Positions 1-9,350 of a stretch of DNA of 64,000 nucleotides are shown here, piece by piece. The translations under genes and the position numbers were made by a program. The stretch is from Acidimicrobiales bacterium (GTDB taxonomy: Bacteria > Actinomycetota > Acidimicrobiia > Acidimicrobiales > Bog-793). Below the pieces are notes generated by a model. That model saw only the letters and a list, made by a program, of their open reading frames with translations. It did no database searches and had not been told where the DNA came from. The stretch's first letter is position 1; each line of letters starts with the position of its first letter. The stretch covers positions 8,097 through 72,096 of the forward strand of contig JBKQMT010000037.1 in the NCBI GenBank assembly GCA_052146595.1, read 5' to 3'.

Positions 1-18
1 GCGCTTCCCGAGCGTGCC

Positions 19-867
19 TTGGGACCCGTTGCGGGCACCGCGCTCCTCCTCTTCGTGTGGGCGGGCGTGGCACATGCGAGCGGCTCCGGCTGGGTGCAGA
101 CCGTGGGGGCGGTTGTCGCGGGTCTGCTCCTGTTGGGCCTCGTCGCCCCGGCGTTCGCGGCTCCCGGGCTGACGGTCGTCTGTGAGATGTCCCCCACCGA
201 TGCCGAAGCCGGCTCGGCGGTCGAGCTCGTCGTCGTCGGGAACAGGTCGATGCGCTGTACCCCGCGTTCAACGGGAGGAGTGCCGGTGTTGCTGACCCGG
301 AGGATACCCGCACCCCTTGTCGTAGTGCCGCCCCGCCGTGGCGTCGTCTCGACGCTCACGATCCGGCTCGCCACCGCCACCCCGTTCGGCCTGCTCTGGT
401 GGTCGCGCGACCAGGTCCTCGAGCTGGCGCGGCCGCTCTATGTCGCCCCGCAAGCTCGTGAGCGCGCCCTGCCGTCGCGAGAGGCGCACGCCCTCGAGGA
501 GGGAAGCAGGCCCCCGCGTCCGGCGCTCACGGGAGACTTGCGTGGTGTCCGCCCCTACCAGCACGGCGACGGACGGCGACGCGTGCACTGGCGCGCGAGC
601 GCCCACACAGGTGACCTCATGGTTCGTGAGTCGGAGATCCGGACCGACGACCCGATCCGCATCGTCACCGACCTGCCCCGGGACCTGGAAGTCGCCGACC
701 GCCTCGCCGAGGAGGCGATGGGAGAGATCGTGGCCCAGTTGAGCGCCGGGCGTAGCGTCGTGCTCGAGACCACCGAGATCACCGGCAGGGTCGTCGGGGC
801 TGTGGCCGACCGTCTCTCAGCCGGTCGCCGCCTCGCCCGAGCGGTCGCTCCGCTCGACGGGCTCTAG
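19..867 (+). CDS. DUF58 domain protein (MoxR/DUF58/transglutaminase operon); start may lie at or beyond the window edge
   Basis: N-terminal TM segments; DUF58 motif LRGVRPYQHGDGRRRVHWRASA...LMVRE; directly upstream of a transglutaminase gene. Confidence 0.85.
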   Translation: MGPVAGTALLLFVWAGVAHASGSGWVQTVGAVVAGLLLLGLVAPAFAAPGLTVVCEMSPTDAEAGSAVELVVVGNRSMRCTPRSTGGVPVLLTRRIPAPLVVVPPRRGVVSTLTIRLATATPFGLLWWSRDQVLELARPLYVAPQARERALPSREAHALEEGSRPPRPALTGDLRGVRPYQHGDGRRRVHWRASAHTGDLMVRESEIRTDDPIRIVTDLPRDLEVADRLAEEAMGEIVAQLSAGRSVVLETTEITGRVVGAVADRLSAGRRLARAVAPLDGL

Positions 868-877
868 GGCGGCGGGC

Positions 878-3046
878 GTGCCCAGGACCGGCCTTGTCGA
901 GATGATCCGGCGGGCCAACGCCCCGCTTGCTCCCGAGCACTCCATCACCTTCAGGGTCGCGACGGCGATCGCCGTCCTGACAGGCATCCTCTCCTGCGCG
1001 GTCGTGGGAGAGATCTCCAGCCAGAGCGGCCTGCTCGCCTGCGCCGGGACCGTCGCCGGCATGGTGTTCTCCTACATGACCCGGACCAGGCCCTGGCAGT
1101 GGGTCAAGGTCCTGCTCGCCCTCGCCGTGCTCGGCATCTTCGCCTCGTTCGTCCTTCAGATCCTCGGCGCGGCCCGTGCCGGCCAGCTGAGCTCGATCGA
1201 GGTCCCACTCGCCGGCCTTTTCACCTGGGTGCAGCTCATCCATTCCTTCGACGTGCCGGCGCGGCGCGACCTGCTCTTCTCGCTCGCCGCCGCCGGTGCG
1301 CTGCTCAGCCTCGGTGCCGCCCAGGCGGTCTCCATCGGGTTCCTCGGCTACGTCGCGCTCTGGCTCGGGGCCTGTCTCGTCGCGCTCGCTTGCTCGTGGC
1401 GCTCGATGACGGGCGGCGTCGGTACCCTCCCGCTGGGCTCTCTGGCTTTCAGCGGACTCGCGGTCGTCTTGACCGGGGCGATCCTCCTTGTCTTTCTCCC
1501 GGCGCCCCGGGCATCTCAGTCGATCACATTGCCCGCCTCACTCACCTCGTACCTTCCCCTTCGAGATCCCGCCGGCATCACCGGGAGCGGCGCCCAGTCG
1601 ACCGAGCCTGCCCAGGCAGGCAAGGCGACCGGGCGAACCGGCGTCGGCGGTTACCTGGGGTTCGCGAGCGAGCTCGACACCGCCATCCGCGGCGCCCTCG
1701 GCAACGAGGTCCTCATGCGGGTGCGGGCAGACCGGCCCGGCTACTTCCTCGGGATGACCTTTGACACCTGGGACGGCCAGAACTGGAAGCGCTCGCCCCA
1801 GATGGCCAGGATCATGCAGCTCAAGACCGGATCGCCCTTCCTGGTGGGCTCGGCCTTGGGCTCTTTCGACGAGATGCAGCCTCAACCAGGCGACAACCCT
1901 CCCCCGACCGAGCAGTTTTTCTCCGGGACGGTCAACGTCCAGACGTTCTACGTGGCAGAGCCGATCGCGAACCTCTTGTTCGCGACCTCCGATCCGACCG
2001 AGGTCTATTTCCCGGAGCACTCGCTGATCGTCGGGGCTGACGGCTCGATGCGGTCCACGATCGCCATGAGCCCGGGCACCGTTTACACGGTCGTATCCGC
2101 CGACAGCGAACTTGCACCCAGCACCCTCGCCAAGTTCCCTGCGCTCGTGCCTTCGCAAGTCTCCGCCGCTCTGGCTCCAGATCTCCAGCTTCCGCCGGGC
2201 CACTATGCACGGGTGGCTGCGCTCGCCCGCCAGATCGTGACGGCGGCCCGGGCCACGACGACCTACGCCAAGGTGACGGCTCTCGAGGCGTGGATGGGCC
2301 GCAATCTCCGTTACTCGACCGACATCCCGCCTCTGCTGGCCGGCCAGGACGCCGTCAACCAGTTTCTCTTCGGAACCAGGGTGGGCTTTTGTGAGCAGAT
2401 CTCCACGGCGCTCGCGGTCATGCTGCGCACGCTCGAGATACCCGCCCGCGAGGCGATCGGCTACGTGCCGGGACCCTTCGACCCCCTCAGCGATCTCTAC
2501 GAGATCCAGGCCAAGGATGCCCACGCCTGGGTGCAGGTGTGGTTCCCTGGAGCCGGTTGGCAAAGCTTCGACCCGACCGCACAGGTGCCCCTGGCCCCGC
2601 CGGACCCCGGCGCTGTGCTGCTCTCCGACATCGGACATAGCATCGCCGAGCTGCCGTGGGCTCCCATCGGCGCCACCGGTGGCGCCATGGCGCTAGGCGC
2701 CCTCGTCGCCTTCGGACTGCGCCGCCGCCGGCTGCGCCCAAGGCTCTGGGCGGAGCAGGTCGCTTCACAGCTGGAACGGCGCGGCGCTGCCGCCGGGGTG
2801 AGGAGGAGCCCGGCCGAGACCCTTTCCGAATATGCCTGCCGGCTCGCCGTCGTAGGCCGATGGCGAGCCGCCCCGAGCTCGACGGCCCTGCTGCGGACCG
2901 TGACGGCGCTTGTGGAGCGCGCCGCTTACGGCGACCACGAGCCGGACGCCGCCACACGCGCCTTTGTCGAGGAGGTGGTGCGCGGGCTCCGCCCGGTGGG
3001 ACGCGCCCGGTGGCCCGGGGCCCGTCGCCGGCTCATGACGGCGTGA
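878..3046 (+). CDS. Membrane transglutaminase-like protein (TgpA/DUF3488 N-terminus, transglutaminase core, DUF4129-like C-terminus)
   Basis: Multiple N-terminal TMs; catalytic triad motifs GFCEQ (Cys), AHAWVQV (His), FDPT (Asp); C-terminal TM then ETLSEY...ERAAYG. Confidence 0.9.
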   Translation: MPRTGLVEMIRRANAPLAPEHSITFRVATAIAVLTGILSCAVVGEISSQSGLLACAGTVAGMVFSYMTRTRPWQWVKVLLALAVLGIFASFVLQILGAARAGQLSSIEVPLAGLFTWVQLIHSFDVPARRDLLFSLAAAGALLSLGAAQAVSIGFLGYVALWLGACLVALACSWRSMTGGVGTLPLGSLAFSGLAVVLTGAILLVFLPAPRASQSITLPASLTSYLPLRDPAGITGSGAQSTEPAQAGKATGRTGVGGYLGFASELDTAIRGALGNEVLMRVRADRPGYFLGMTFDTWDGQNWKRSPQMARIMQLKTGSPFLVGSALGSFDEMQPQPGDNPPPTEQFFSGTVNVQTFYVAEPIANLLFATSDPTEVYFPEHSLIVGADGSMRSTIAMSPGTVYTVVSADSELAPSTLAKFPALVPSQVSAALAPDLQLPPGHYARVAALARQIVTAARATTTYAKVTALEAWMGRNLRYSTDIPPLLAGQDAVNQFLFGTRVGFCEQISTALAVMLRTLEIPAREAIGYVPGPFDPLSDLYEIQAKDAHAWVQVWFPGAGWQSFDPTAQVPLAPPDPGAVLLSDIGHSIAELPWAPIGATGGAMALGALVAFGLRRRRLRPRLWAEQVASQLERRGAAAGVRRSPAETLSEYACRLAVVGRWRAAPSSTALLRTVTALVERAAYGDHEPDAATRAFVEEVVRGLRPVGRARWPGARRRLMTA

Positions 3047-4235
3047 TCGCAAGGGCTTCCGCGAAGCTGGCCCCGCGCCCGAGCAGGGCTTGGTAGGCCA
3101 TCAAGGACCTGGGGCGACTGAACCCGAGGACACCGCTCAGAACTCCGGCGCGTCCATAGAGGGCAACGAAACGAAGCTCTTCGAAAGACCCGTCCCGCAC
3201 CACGATCTCGTCGCTCGGCTGCGGGCTGCCGATCACTTGGATCTTGTGCCCATACTGATCCGACCAGAAGTAGGGCAGCGGAGCAAAACCGGACCGGGGC
3301 CCGTCGCCGGCAAGGAGGCTCCTTGCCGCGTGCTCGCCCTGCTCGGCGGCATTCGTGCGGTGCTCGATGCGCAGGTACTCCCCGCTCAGCGGATGTGGCC
3401 ACCGGGCAAGATCGCCGGCCGCCACAACACCCGGAGCGGCGGTGAGCGACGCGTCGCAGACGAGCCCGGCGCGTCCGACCTCGAGCCCAGATCCCTCGAG
3501 CCAAGAGATCGCCGGGGCCGCGCCGACAGCCACCAGCAGCGCGTCAGCCTCGACGCTCGTGCCGTCGCTCAGGCGGCACCTCACGCCCGAGCCACTGTGG
3601 GCGCCGGTTTCCACACCTTCGATGGTGGTGCCGAGACGGAGGTCCACGCCGTGGCCCCTGTGCATGGCCTCGCACACCCGGCCGACGAGGGGCCCGACCG
3701 CGCGCTCCAGGGGAACTGCACAGGGCTCGACCATGCACACCCTGACGCCGAGCCCGCGGGCCGTGGCGGCAACCTCGAGGCCGATGAAACCCGCTCCTGC
3801 TATCACCAGCCGGGCGCCGCTTCGAGAGATCACGGCACGTAGGGCCAGCGCGTCCTCAAGGGTTCTAAGGCTCAGCACGCCCGGTCGCCCTGTGATCCCC
3901 GGGAGCGGGCGGGCGCTCGCCCCGGTCGCGATCACGAGCCCGTCGAACGCCAGGGCGCGACCGTCGCTCAGGGTCACAGCGCGCCCCGCCAGGTCCAGGC
4001 GTTCTGCGCTACAGCCGAGCTCGAGCTCGATCCCGAGCGCCTCGAGGTCCCCCGAGTCCTTCAACGTGCACCGGTCAACGTCGAAGGAGCCCGCGAGCAG
4101 TTGCTTGGAGAGCGGCGGGCGGTCATATGGCAGATGTGCCTCACTGCCGACGAGCCGCAGGCGGCCCTCGTAGCCTTCTTGGCGGAGGGCTTCGCAGGCC
4201 CGCAGACCGGCCAGGCCTGCTCCGACCACCAGCAC
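3033..4235 (-). CDS. FAD-dependent NAD(P)H:ferredoxin reductase family oxidoreductase
   Basis: VVGAGLAG, YDRPPLSK, GAGFIGLEVA, AAGD, RIEH, PYFWSDQY motifs. Confidence 0.92.
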   Translation of the reverse strand: MLVVGAGLAGLRACEALRQEGYEGRLRLVGSEAHLPYDRPPLSKQLLAGSFDVDRCTLKDSGDLEALGIELELGCSAERLDLAGRAVTLSDGRALAFDGLVIATGASARPLPGITGRPGVLSLRTLEDALALRAVISRSGARLVIAGAGFIGLEVAATARGLGVRVCMVEPCAVPLERAVGPLVGRVCEAMHRGHGVDLRLGTTIEGVETGAHSGSGVRCRLSDGTSVEADALLVAVGAAPAISWLEGSGLEVGRAGLVCDASLTAAPGVVAAGDLARWPHPLSGEYLRIEHRTNAAEQGEHAARSLLAGDGPRSGFAPLPYFWSDQYGHKIQVIGSPQPSDEIVVRDGSFEELRFVALYGRAGVLSGVLGFSRPRSLMAYQALLGRGASFAEALAITPS

Positions 4236-4258
4236 GGATCTCAGTCGGGTCGCTACTG

Positions 4259-4525
4259 CTACCTGCCCTCGTCCTCGCGGGCGGCGTCCTGGCCCACCAC
4301 ATCGAGGCGCGGCAGCAGCGAGCTCACCTTTTCCCGGGTCCCGCGGATGCGACGGTCCAGCTCCTCGACGATCTCGACGGCACGCCTCAGGCGGACCTCG
4401 AGGAGGTCTACGTCGATGACGCCCCGCTCGAGCTCGGCGATGATCGCGTCGAGCTCGTCCGACGCCTCGCCGTAGCCGAGCTCGGAGACAGGCACGGGGA
4501 TCTCGCCGGGATCGAATGTGCTCAT
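4259..4525 (-). CDS. xseB: Exodeoxyribonuclease VII small subunit
   Basis: YGEASDELDAIIAELE...IDVDLL pattern; ATGA overlap with xseA. Confidence 0.85.
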   Translation of the reverse strand: MSTFDPGEIPVPVSELGYGEASDELDAIIAELERGVIDVDLLEVRLRRAVEIVEELDRRIRGTREKVSSLLPRLDVVGQDAAREDEGR

Positions 4526-6279
4526 GAGGTTCCTCCGTCGCCTGCTCTCTCGCCGTTGCCGTCCGCTTGCGCCCCTGGTGGTGCCTGTGGCCGGATCTCC
4601 TCGACGATCGACGCGGCGCTGCCCTCGGCGAATGTCGTGACCAGCCTCTCGCCTCGCCGCAAGGTGGCAGAAGAGCGAACTACCCTGCCGCCCTCGTCGC
4701 GTGTGAGCGACCAGCCCCGCTCGAGCTGGTGCTTGGGGTCGAGCAGCTGCAGCAGTTCGCGCCGGTGAGCGACGTGCTGTGCCTGCCCGGCGAGCTGCTG
4801 GGTCGACGGACCGGCCAGCCTCTGGGCGCGGTTGACCAGCCGGCCCCGGCTCCGCTCGATCGCCACGAGCGCGGCGTTACCGATCCGCGTCTTAGCGGCA
4901 CGAAGCTCGAGCGCCGAGCGCTCCATGGAGTGACCGGCGGCCCGGCGCATCGAGGCGCCGGCGGTGGCGAGCTCCCGGCTCGCTTCGTCCAGGCGAGCCT
5001 CGACGCGCTGCGCGAGACGTCTTGCCCGCCGCTCGGTCTCCTCCAAGTAGGCGTCGACAACGGCCACGAGCGCCTCGCCGCACTGGGTCGGGGTCACGAG
5101 CGCTTGGTGCGCGACCTCGTCGGCGACCGACCTGTCGCCCGTGTGGCCGACGCCCGTCCAGACGGGAAAGCGCGCCCCGGCGATCGCCCGTGCGACCTGC
5201 TCGGAGTCGAAGGCAGCGAGATCGCCCTTGGCCCCTCCCCCGCGAACCACAACCACCAGCTGCGGCTCGAAAGCCTGCAACCTTGTCAAGGCACCAGCGA
5301 TCTGTGCCGGTGCATCGGGTCCCTGGACGATCGACGGCTCGAAACGGATCTCGAAGTTGTAGCCGGATCGCTCCAGCTGACCCGTGAAGTCCCGGTAGGC
5401 CTCCGAGCCGGGGCTCGTGACGAGCCCGATCCGCAACGGCACCAGCGCCAGCGGCAGGCGCCTGTTGGCTTCGAGGAGGCCCTCGGCGGCGAGCGCGCCC
5501 AGCAGCCGTCTCCGGGCCGCAGCGATCCCACCGACCAACGCCTCCACGTCGAGCGCGGTCATGGAAAAGCGCAGCTTGCTCCCACCCTCCCAGACAGAGA
5601 CCTTGCCGCGCACCCGTACCACGAGCCCGGGCACGAGCTCGACTCCGACCGCGGCCAGCTCGTACTGGACGACAGGCCAGTCGCGGGCCCAACAGGCGAC
5701 CTCGAGCGTGGCAGTCGCAGTGCGTCCCGCCGGGGTGCCGCGAGGCGCAGCCGGGGCGCCAAGAACCTGCCGCGGTCCGTCGAGATAGTCCGCAAGCTCG
5801 AGGTAATGGTGACCGCGCGACGTGCTCACCTTGTAGATCTCCCCGGTCACCCAGACCTCGTCGGGAAACGCCTCCCGGAGTGCACCGCGCACGCAGGCGT
5901 AGAAGTCGCTGACCGACAACGCGGCGTCAGAGGCCGATCCTGGAGGGGCGAGCGCGCCGGGCGACAAGGCCGCGCCGGGCGACGAGAGCGCGCCGGACGA
6001 CGGGTCGGCCGCGCCAAGCGACGGGCCCGCGCCGGACGACGGGCCCGCGCCGGCCGGAACGACCGACAAGCTGGGCGCCAGCTTGGGCACGACGACCGAG
6101 ACGTCGGCCGGCTCGCGGTCTTCGACCGCCTCGTCAGTTGGCCGGGCCGGCGGCGCCTGGCGTGGTGTGGAGTCAACCTGATCCCGGGCTTCCTCATCAC
6201 CCGCGGAAAAATCAAAGCGGAGCTCCTCGACGTCGGAAGGTCGCGTCTCTCGCGCCCGCTTCACTCCGGTGCCGGCCAC
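4522..6279 (-). CDS. xseA: Exodeoxyribonuclease VII large subunit with long low-complexity N-terminal extension
   Basis: OB-fold VWVTGEI...GHHYLEL; RIGLVTS, VQG, RGGG, GVGHTGD, TPT, LERGWSL motifs. Confidence 0.93.
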   Translation of the reverse strand: MAGTGVKRARETRPSDVEELRFDFSAGDEEARDQVDSTPRQAPPARPTDEAVEDREPADVSVVVPKLAPSLSVVPAGAGPSSGAGPSLGAADPSSGALSSPGAALSPGALAPPGSASDAALSVSDFYACVRGALREAFPDEVWVTGEIYKVSTSRGHHYLELADYLDGPRQVLGAPAAPRGTPAGRTATATLEVACWARDWPVVQYELAAVGVELVPGLVVRVRGKVSVWEGGSKLRFSMTALDVEALVGGIAAARRRLLGALAAEGLLEANRRLPLALVPLRIGLVTSPGSEAYRDFTGQLERSGYNFEIRFEPSIVQGPDAPAQIAGALTRLQAFEPQLVVVVRGGGAKGDLAAFDSEQVARAIAGARFPVWTGVGHTGDRSVADEVAHQALVTPTQCGEALVAVVDAYLEETERRARRLAQRVEARLDEASRELATAGASMRRAAGHSMERSALELRAAKTRIGNAALVAIERSRGRLVNRAQRLAGPSTQQLAGQAQHVAHRRELLQLLDPKHQLERGWSLTRDEGGRVVRSSATLRRGERLVTTFAEGSAASIVEEIRPQAPPGAQADGNGERAGDGGTS

Positions 6280-6432
6280 TGGGCCAGGCTATCGCCGGGA
6301 GGTGACAACTCTCCCGGATCCTCCTCGGTCGAACTCGGCTCCACGAGCCGAATCCGAACTGGTAGCGGGCAGACTCGCGAACTCACCTCGGAGTTTGGAC
6401 CCCCCGATCCGATCATGTGAGACTGCCGGCTC

Positions 6433-7386
6433 ATGGCCTGCATCCTTTTGACCTCGCGACTGTTCGACGTCGCCCTCATCCCCCTCGCCGATCACGAGAT
6501 CGTCATGCCAAAGCCCGAAGGGTCCATGACGACCAGCGAGATCATCGGGTCGGCCCGAGACGCCGATGCGATCGTCTGCCAGCTCACGGACCGCATAGGC
6601 GAGGCGGTGATCGCCGCCGCCCCGCGCCTTGCCGTGATTGCGACCGTCTCGGTCGGCTACGACAACGTCGACGTCGCAGCGGCCACAGGTGCCGGAGTGG
6701 CTGTCTGCAACACGCCCGGAGTGCTGACCGACACGACCGCAGACCTCGCCTTCGCCCTGATCCTGTCGGCGTGCAGAGTGCTCTCGGATGCCGAGCGTGA
6801 CCTACGCCGGGGTGGTTGGAAGAAGTGGGAGCTCGACGGCTACCTAGGCCGCGATGTGCACGGCGCGACACTCGGCCTGGTCGGCTTCGGCCGCGTGGCT
6901 CAGGCAGTGGCCAAGCGGGCCGAGGGGTTCTCGATGCGGGTGATCCATCACGATCTGGCGCCCACCGGTCTGCCCGGCTACGTCGACGACCTCGACGAAC
7001 TGTTGCGCGAGGCGGACGTGGTGAGCCTGCACGTGCCGCTTACGACTGAGACTCACCATCTGCTCGACGCCCGCAGGCTGGCTCTCATGAAGCCGACGGC
7101 GGTTCTCGTCAACACGGCCCGGGGCCCGGTGGTTGACGAGGAGGCACTCGGCGCCGCGCTCGAGTCGGGGGCTTTGTTCGCAGCCGGCATTGACGTCTAC
7201 GAGCACGAGCCGACCGTGCACCCCCGCTTGCTCGCGGCTCCCCGGGCGGTCCTGCTCCCCCACATCGGCAGCGCGTCGTTCGCGACCCGTCTGGCGATGG
7301 CGCAGTTGGCCACCACCGCCGTGGCGCAGGTGCTTGCCGGCGGCCGGCCGCCGAACACGGTCAACCCCGAGGTGTTCGACAGGTAG
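6433..7386 (+). CDS. D-isomer-specific 2-hydroxyacid dehydrogenase (glyoxylate reductase/D-glycerate dehydrogenase)
   Basis: VGYDNVD, NTPGVL, GLVGFGRV, LHVPL, VNTARG, DVYEHEP, LPHIGSA. Confidence 0.93.
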   Translation: MACILLTSRLFDVALIPLADHEIVMPKPEGSMTTSEIIGSARDADAIVCQLTDRIGEAVIAAAPRLAVIATVSVGYDNVDVAAATGAGVAVCNTPGVLTDTTADLAFALILSACRVLSDAERDLRRGGWKKWELDGYLGRDVHGATLGLVGFGRVAQAVAKRAEGFSMRVIHHDLAPTGLPGYVDDLDELLREADVVSLHVPLTTETHHLLDARRLALMKPTAVLVNTARGPVVDEEALGAALESGALFAAGIDVYEHEPTVHPRLLAAPRAVLLPHIGSASFATRLAMAQLATTAVAQVLAGGRPPNTVNPEVFDR

Positions 7387-7475
7387 CCCGCCGTCGTGAC
7401 CAACCGGCCAGTGGTTCTCGGACGGTCAACACTGGAAAGGCCCGTTGATCGCCAAGTCCCATCGCCTGCCAGCGC

Positions 7476-7955
7476 TCAGGCCTCTGGCAAGGCGGCTGGA
7501 GTGACGCCACAGTCTGCGCAGTGCCCGAGCACCGCGAAGTGCCGGGGGTCGATCGTGAAGCCGTACTGGTCCGCCGCCACCAACGCCAGGGCGCTGAAGA
7601 GCTCCTCGGGCGCCTCGACGATCGTCCCGCAGGACTCGCAGACGAGGTGACCGTGGCTCTCGGACGCGAGATGGTAGGACGCCGGGCCATGGCCGAGATG
7701 GGCGTGGACGACGACACCGAGCCGCTCGAGCTCCTCGAGGTTGCGATAGATGGTCGACAGGTGCACATCAGGCGCGAAAGCTTGTACCTCGGCGGCGAGG
7801 TCCTCCGCCGTGTGATGGGCGCTGTCGGTGAACAAGCAACGAAGCAACAGGCGCCGAGACGTCGTGATACGCCCGCCGTGGGTGCGCAGCAGTTCGAGGG
7901 CCTGTTCGACGCGGTCCACACTCTCGGGCTCGAGCACGGCTAGGCGCCTGACCAC
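7476..7955 (-). CDS. nur: Fur-family regulator of the nickel-responsive Nur type (start codon uncertain, 7919-8027)
   Basis: STIYRNL HTH; HAHLGHGPASYH and RHFAVLGHC match the His-rich Ni-site motifs of Streptomyces Nur; CxxC pairs; divergent from a NiCoT gene. Confidence 0.8.
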   Translation of the reverse strand: MVRRLAVLEPESVDRVEQALELLRTHGGRITTSRRLLLRCLFTDSAHHTAEDLAAEVQAFAPDVHLSTIYRNLEELERLGVVVHAHLGHGPASYHLASESHGHLVCESCGTIVEAPEELFSALALVAADQYGFTIDPRHFAVLGHCADCGVTPAALPEA

Positions 7956-8010
7956 TTTGCGAAAGACCGCACGTGCGTATGTTACTCGCCGAAATGCCTC
8001 CGGTAACCTC

Positions 8011-8027
8011 TTGCGTCCAGCTCGCAT
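8011..8027. promoter_or_regulatory. Candidate Nur box
   Basis: TTGCGTCCAGCTCGCAT = tTGC-N9-GCA palindrome with the spacing of the Streptomyces Nur box; lies between nur and the NiCoT gene, next to a TATGTT -10-like hexamer (8029-8034). Confidence 0.45.
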
Positions 8028-8081
8028 CTATGTTGAGATTGCCGGAGCGCGAGTTGCCTACGTGAACGGGGGACCCTTCCA

Positions 8082-9221
8082 ATGCCCATCACCGAGTCGT
8101 CCCCCAAGCTCGGGCGGCTGAGGCAGCTGCAGAACTCGCTCAATCCCGCCGAGTGGCGTCGGGCCAGGTGGATGTTCTCCTCAATCGCGTTCCTCCACTT
8201 CCTCGGCTTCGGCATCTTCATTGCCTTCGTCGTCCCCGGCCACTACAAGGGGCTGGGGATCGGGGTGAGCATCCTTGCCTACACCTTGGGGCTTCGGCAC
8301 GCCTTCGATGCCGACCACATCTCGGCCATAGACAACACCACACGCAAGCTCATGAACGAGCGACTGGGCGTCGACGGCTCGATGCGTCCGCTCAGCGTGG
8401 GCTACTTCTTCTCGCTCGGACATTCGACCATCGTCATCGTGATCGGGGCCGGCCTCATTGTCGCCGAGAAGGCCGTCTACGGCGCCGTCTCGCACAACAG
8501 CTCCGGCTTGGAGCAATTCGGCGGCATCTTCGGCACCATCGTCTCTGCCTCGTTCCTCTACCTGATCGCGCTCTTGAACGTCGTCATCCTGGCCGGGATC
8601 GTCAAGGTCTTCCGGGCGATGCGCAACGGGACCTACGATGAAGAGGAGCTGGAGAGGCAACTGAACAACCGTGGCCTGATGTTCCGCTTCTTCGGCAAGT
8701 GGATGAAGGCGATCACCAAGGAATGGCAGATGTACCCGGTGGGGGTCGTGTTCGGCATGGGATTCGACACTGCCACCGAGGTCGCCCTGCTCGCCACCAC
8801 CGCACTGCTCGCGTCGAAGGCTCTCCCCTGGTACTCGATCATGTGCCTCCCCATCCTGTTCACGGCGGGGATGTCGCTCATGGACACCGCGGACGGCTGT
8901 TTCATGAACGTCGCCTACGGATGGGCGTTCTTCAACCCCGTCCGCAAGATCTATTACAACCTCGCCATCACCGGACTTTCTGTGGCCATATGCTTTTTCA
9001 TCGGCACGATCGAAGTTCTCGGCCTCCTCCCGATGGAGCTGCACATCCACGGCGCGTTCTGGAACTTCATGGAGAACTTCAACATCAACGCGGCCGGCTT
9101 CGTGATCGTGGCGATGTTCGTCGTGACTTGGACGGCTGCGCTCGTCATCTGGCGCTACGCCAGGATCGAAGAGAAGTGGACATCGAGCCTGAAGGGCGCC
9201 GAGGGCATCTCCTCGACGTGA
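8082..9221 (+). CDS. High-affinity nickel/cobalt permease, NiCoT (HoxN/HupN/NixA) family
   Basis: Signature LGLRHAFDADHISAID, FFSLGHS, GMGFDTATE, GMSLMDTADG; 8 TMs. Confidence 0.95.
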   Translation: MPITESSPKLGRLRQLQNSLNPAEWRRARWMFSSIAFLHFLGFGIFIAFVVPGHYKGLGIGVSILAYTLGLRHAFDADHISAIDNTTRKLMNERLGVDGSMRPLSVGYFFSLGHSTIVIVIGAGLIVAEKAVYGAVSHNSSGLEQFGGIFGTIVSASFLYLIALLNVVILAGIVKVFRAMRNGTYDEEELERQLNNRGLMFRFFGKWMKAITKEWQMYPVGVVFGMGFDTATEVALLATTALLASKALPWYSIMCLPILFTAGMSLMDTADGCFMNVAYGWAFFNPVRKIYYNLAITGLSVAICFFIGTIEVLGLLPMELHIHGAFWNFMENFNINAAGFVIVAMFVVTWTAALVIWRYARIEEKWTSSLKGAEGISST

Positions 9222-9350
9222 GTGGGCTCGTCGAGATGGAGGCAGGCGACAGCTCCAGCCCGATCGTCCTCGGATCGGGACAAATGACGCTGGTTAGCCC
9301 AGCCCTCGTCCCCGCGGCCCTGCTCGTGGCCCTCGGCGGGAGGTAGCTCC

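Noticed and set aside
19..3046. DUF58-transglutaminase pair as a novel system
   Set aside because: Widespread known MoxR-associated operon; the MoxR gene is presumably just outside the window
4567..6420. Long antisense or off-frame ORFs (also 12085..13821, 20684..22264, 50269..51990 and many others)
   Set aside because: Shadow ORFs expected at ~70% GC opposite well-supported genes; Arg/Pro/Gly-rich with no motifs
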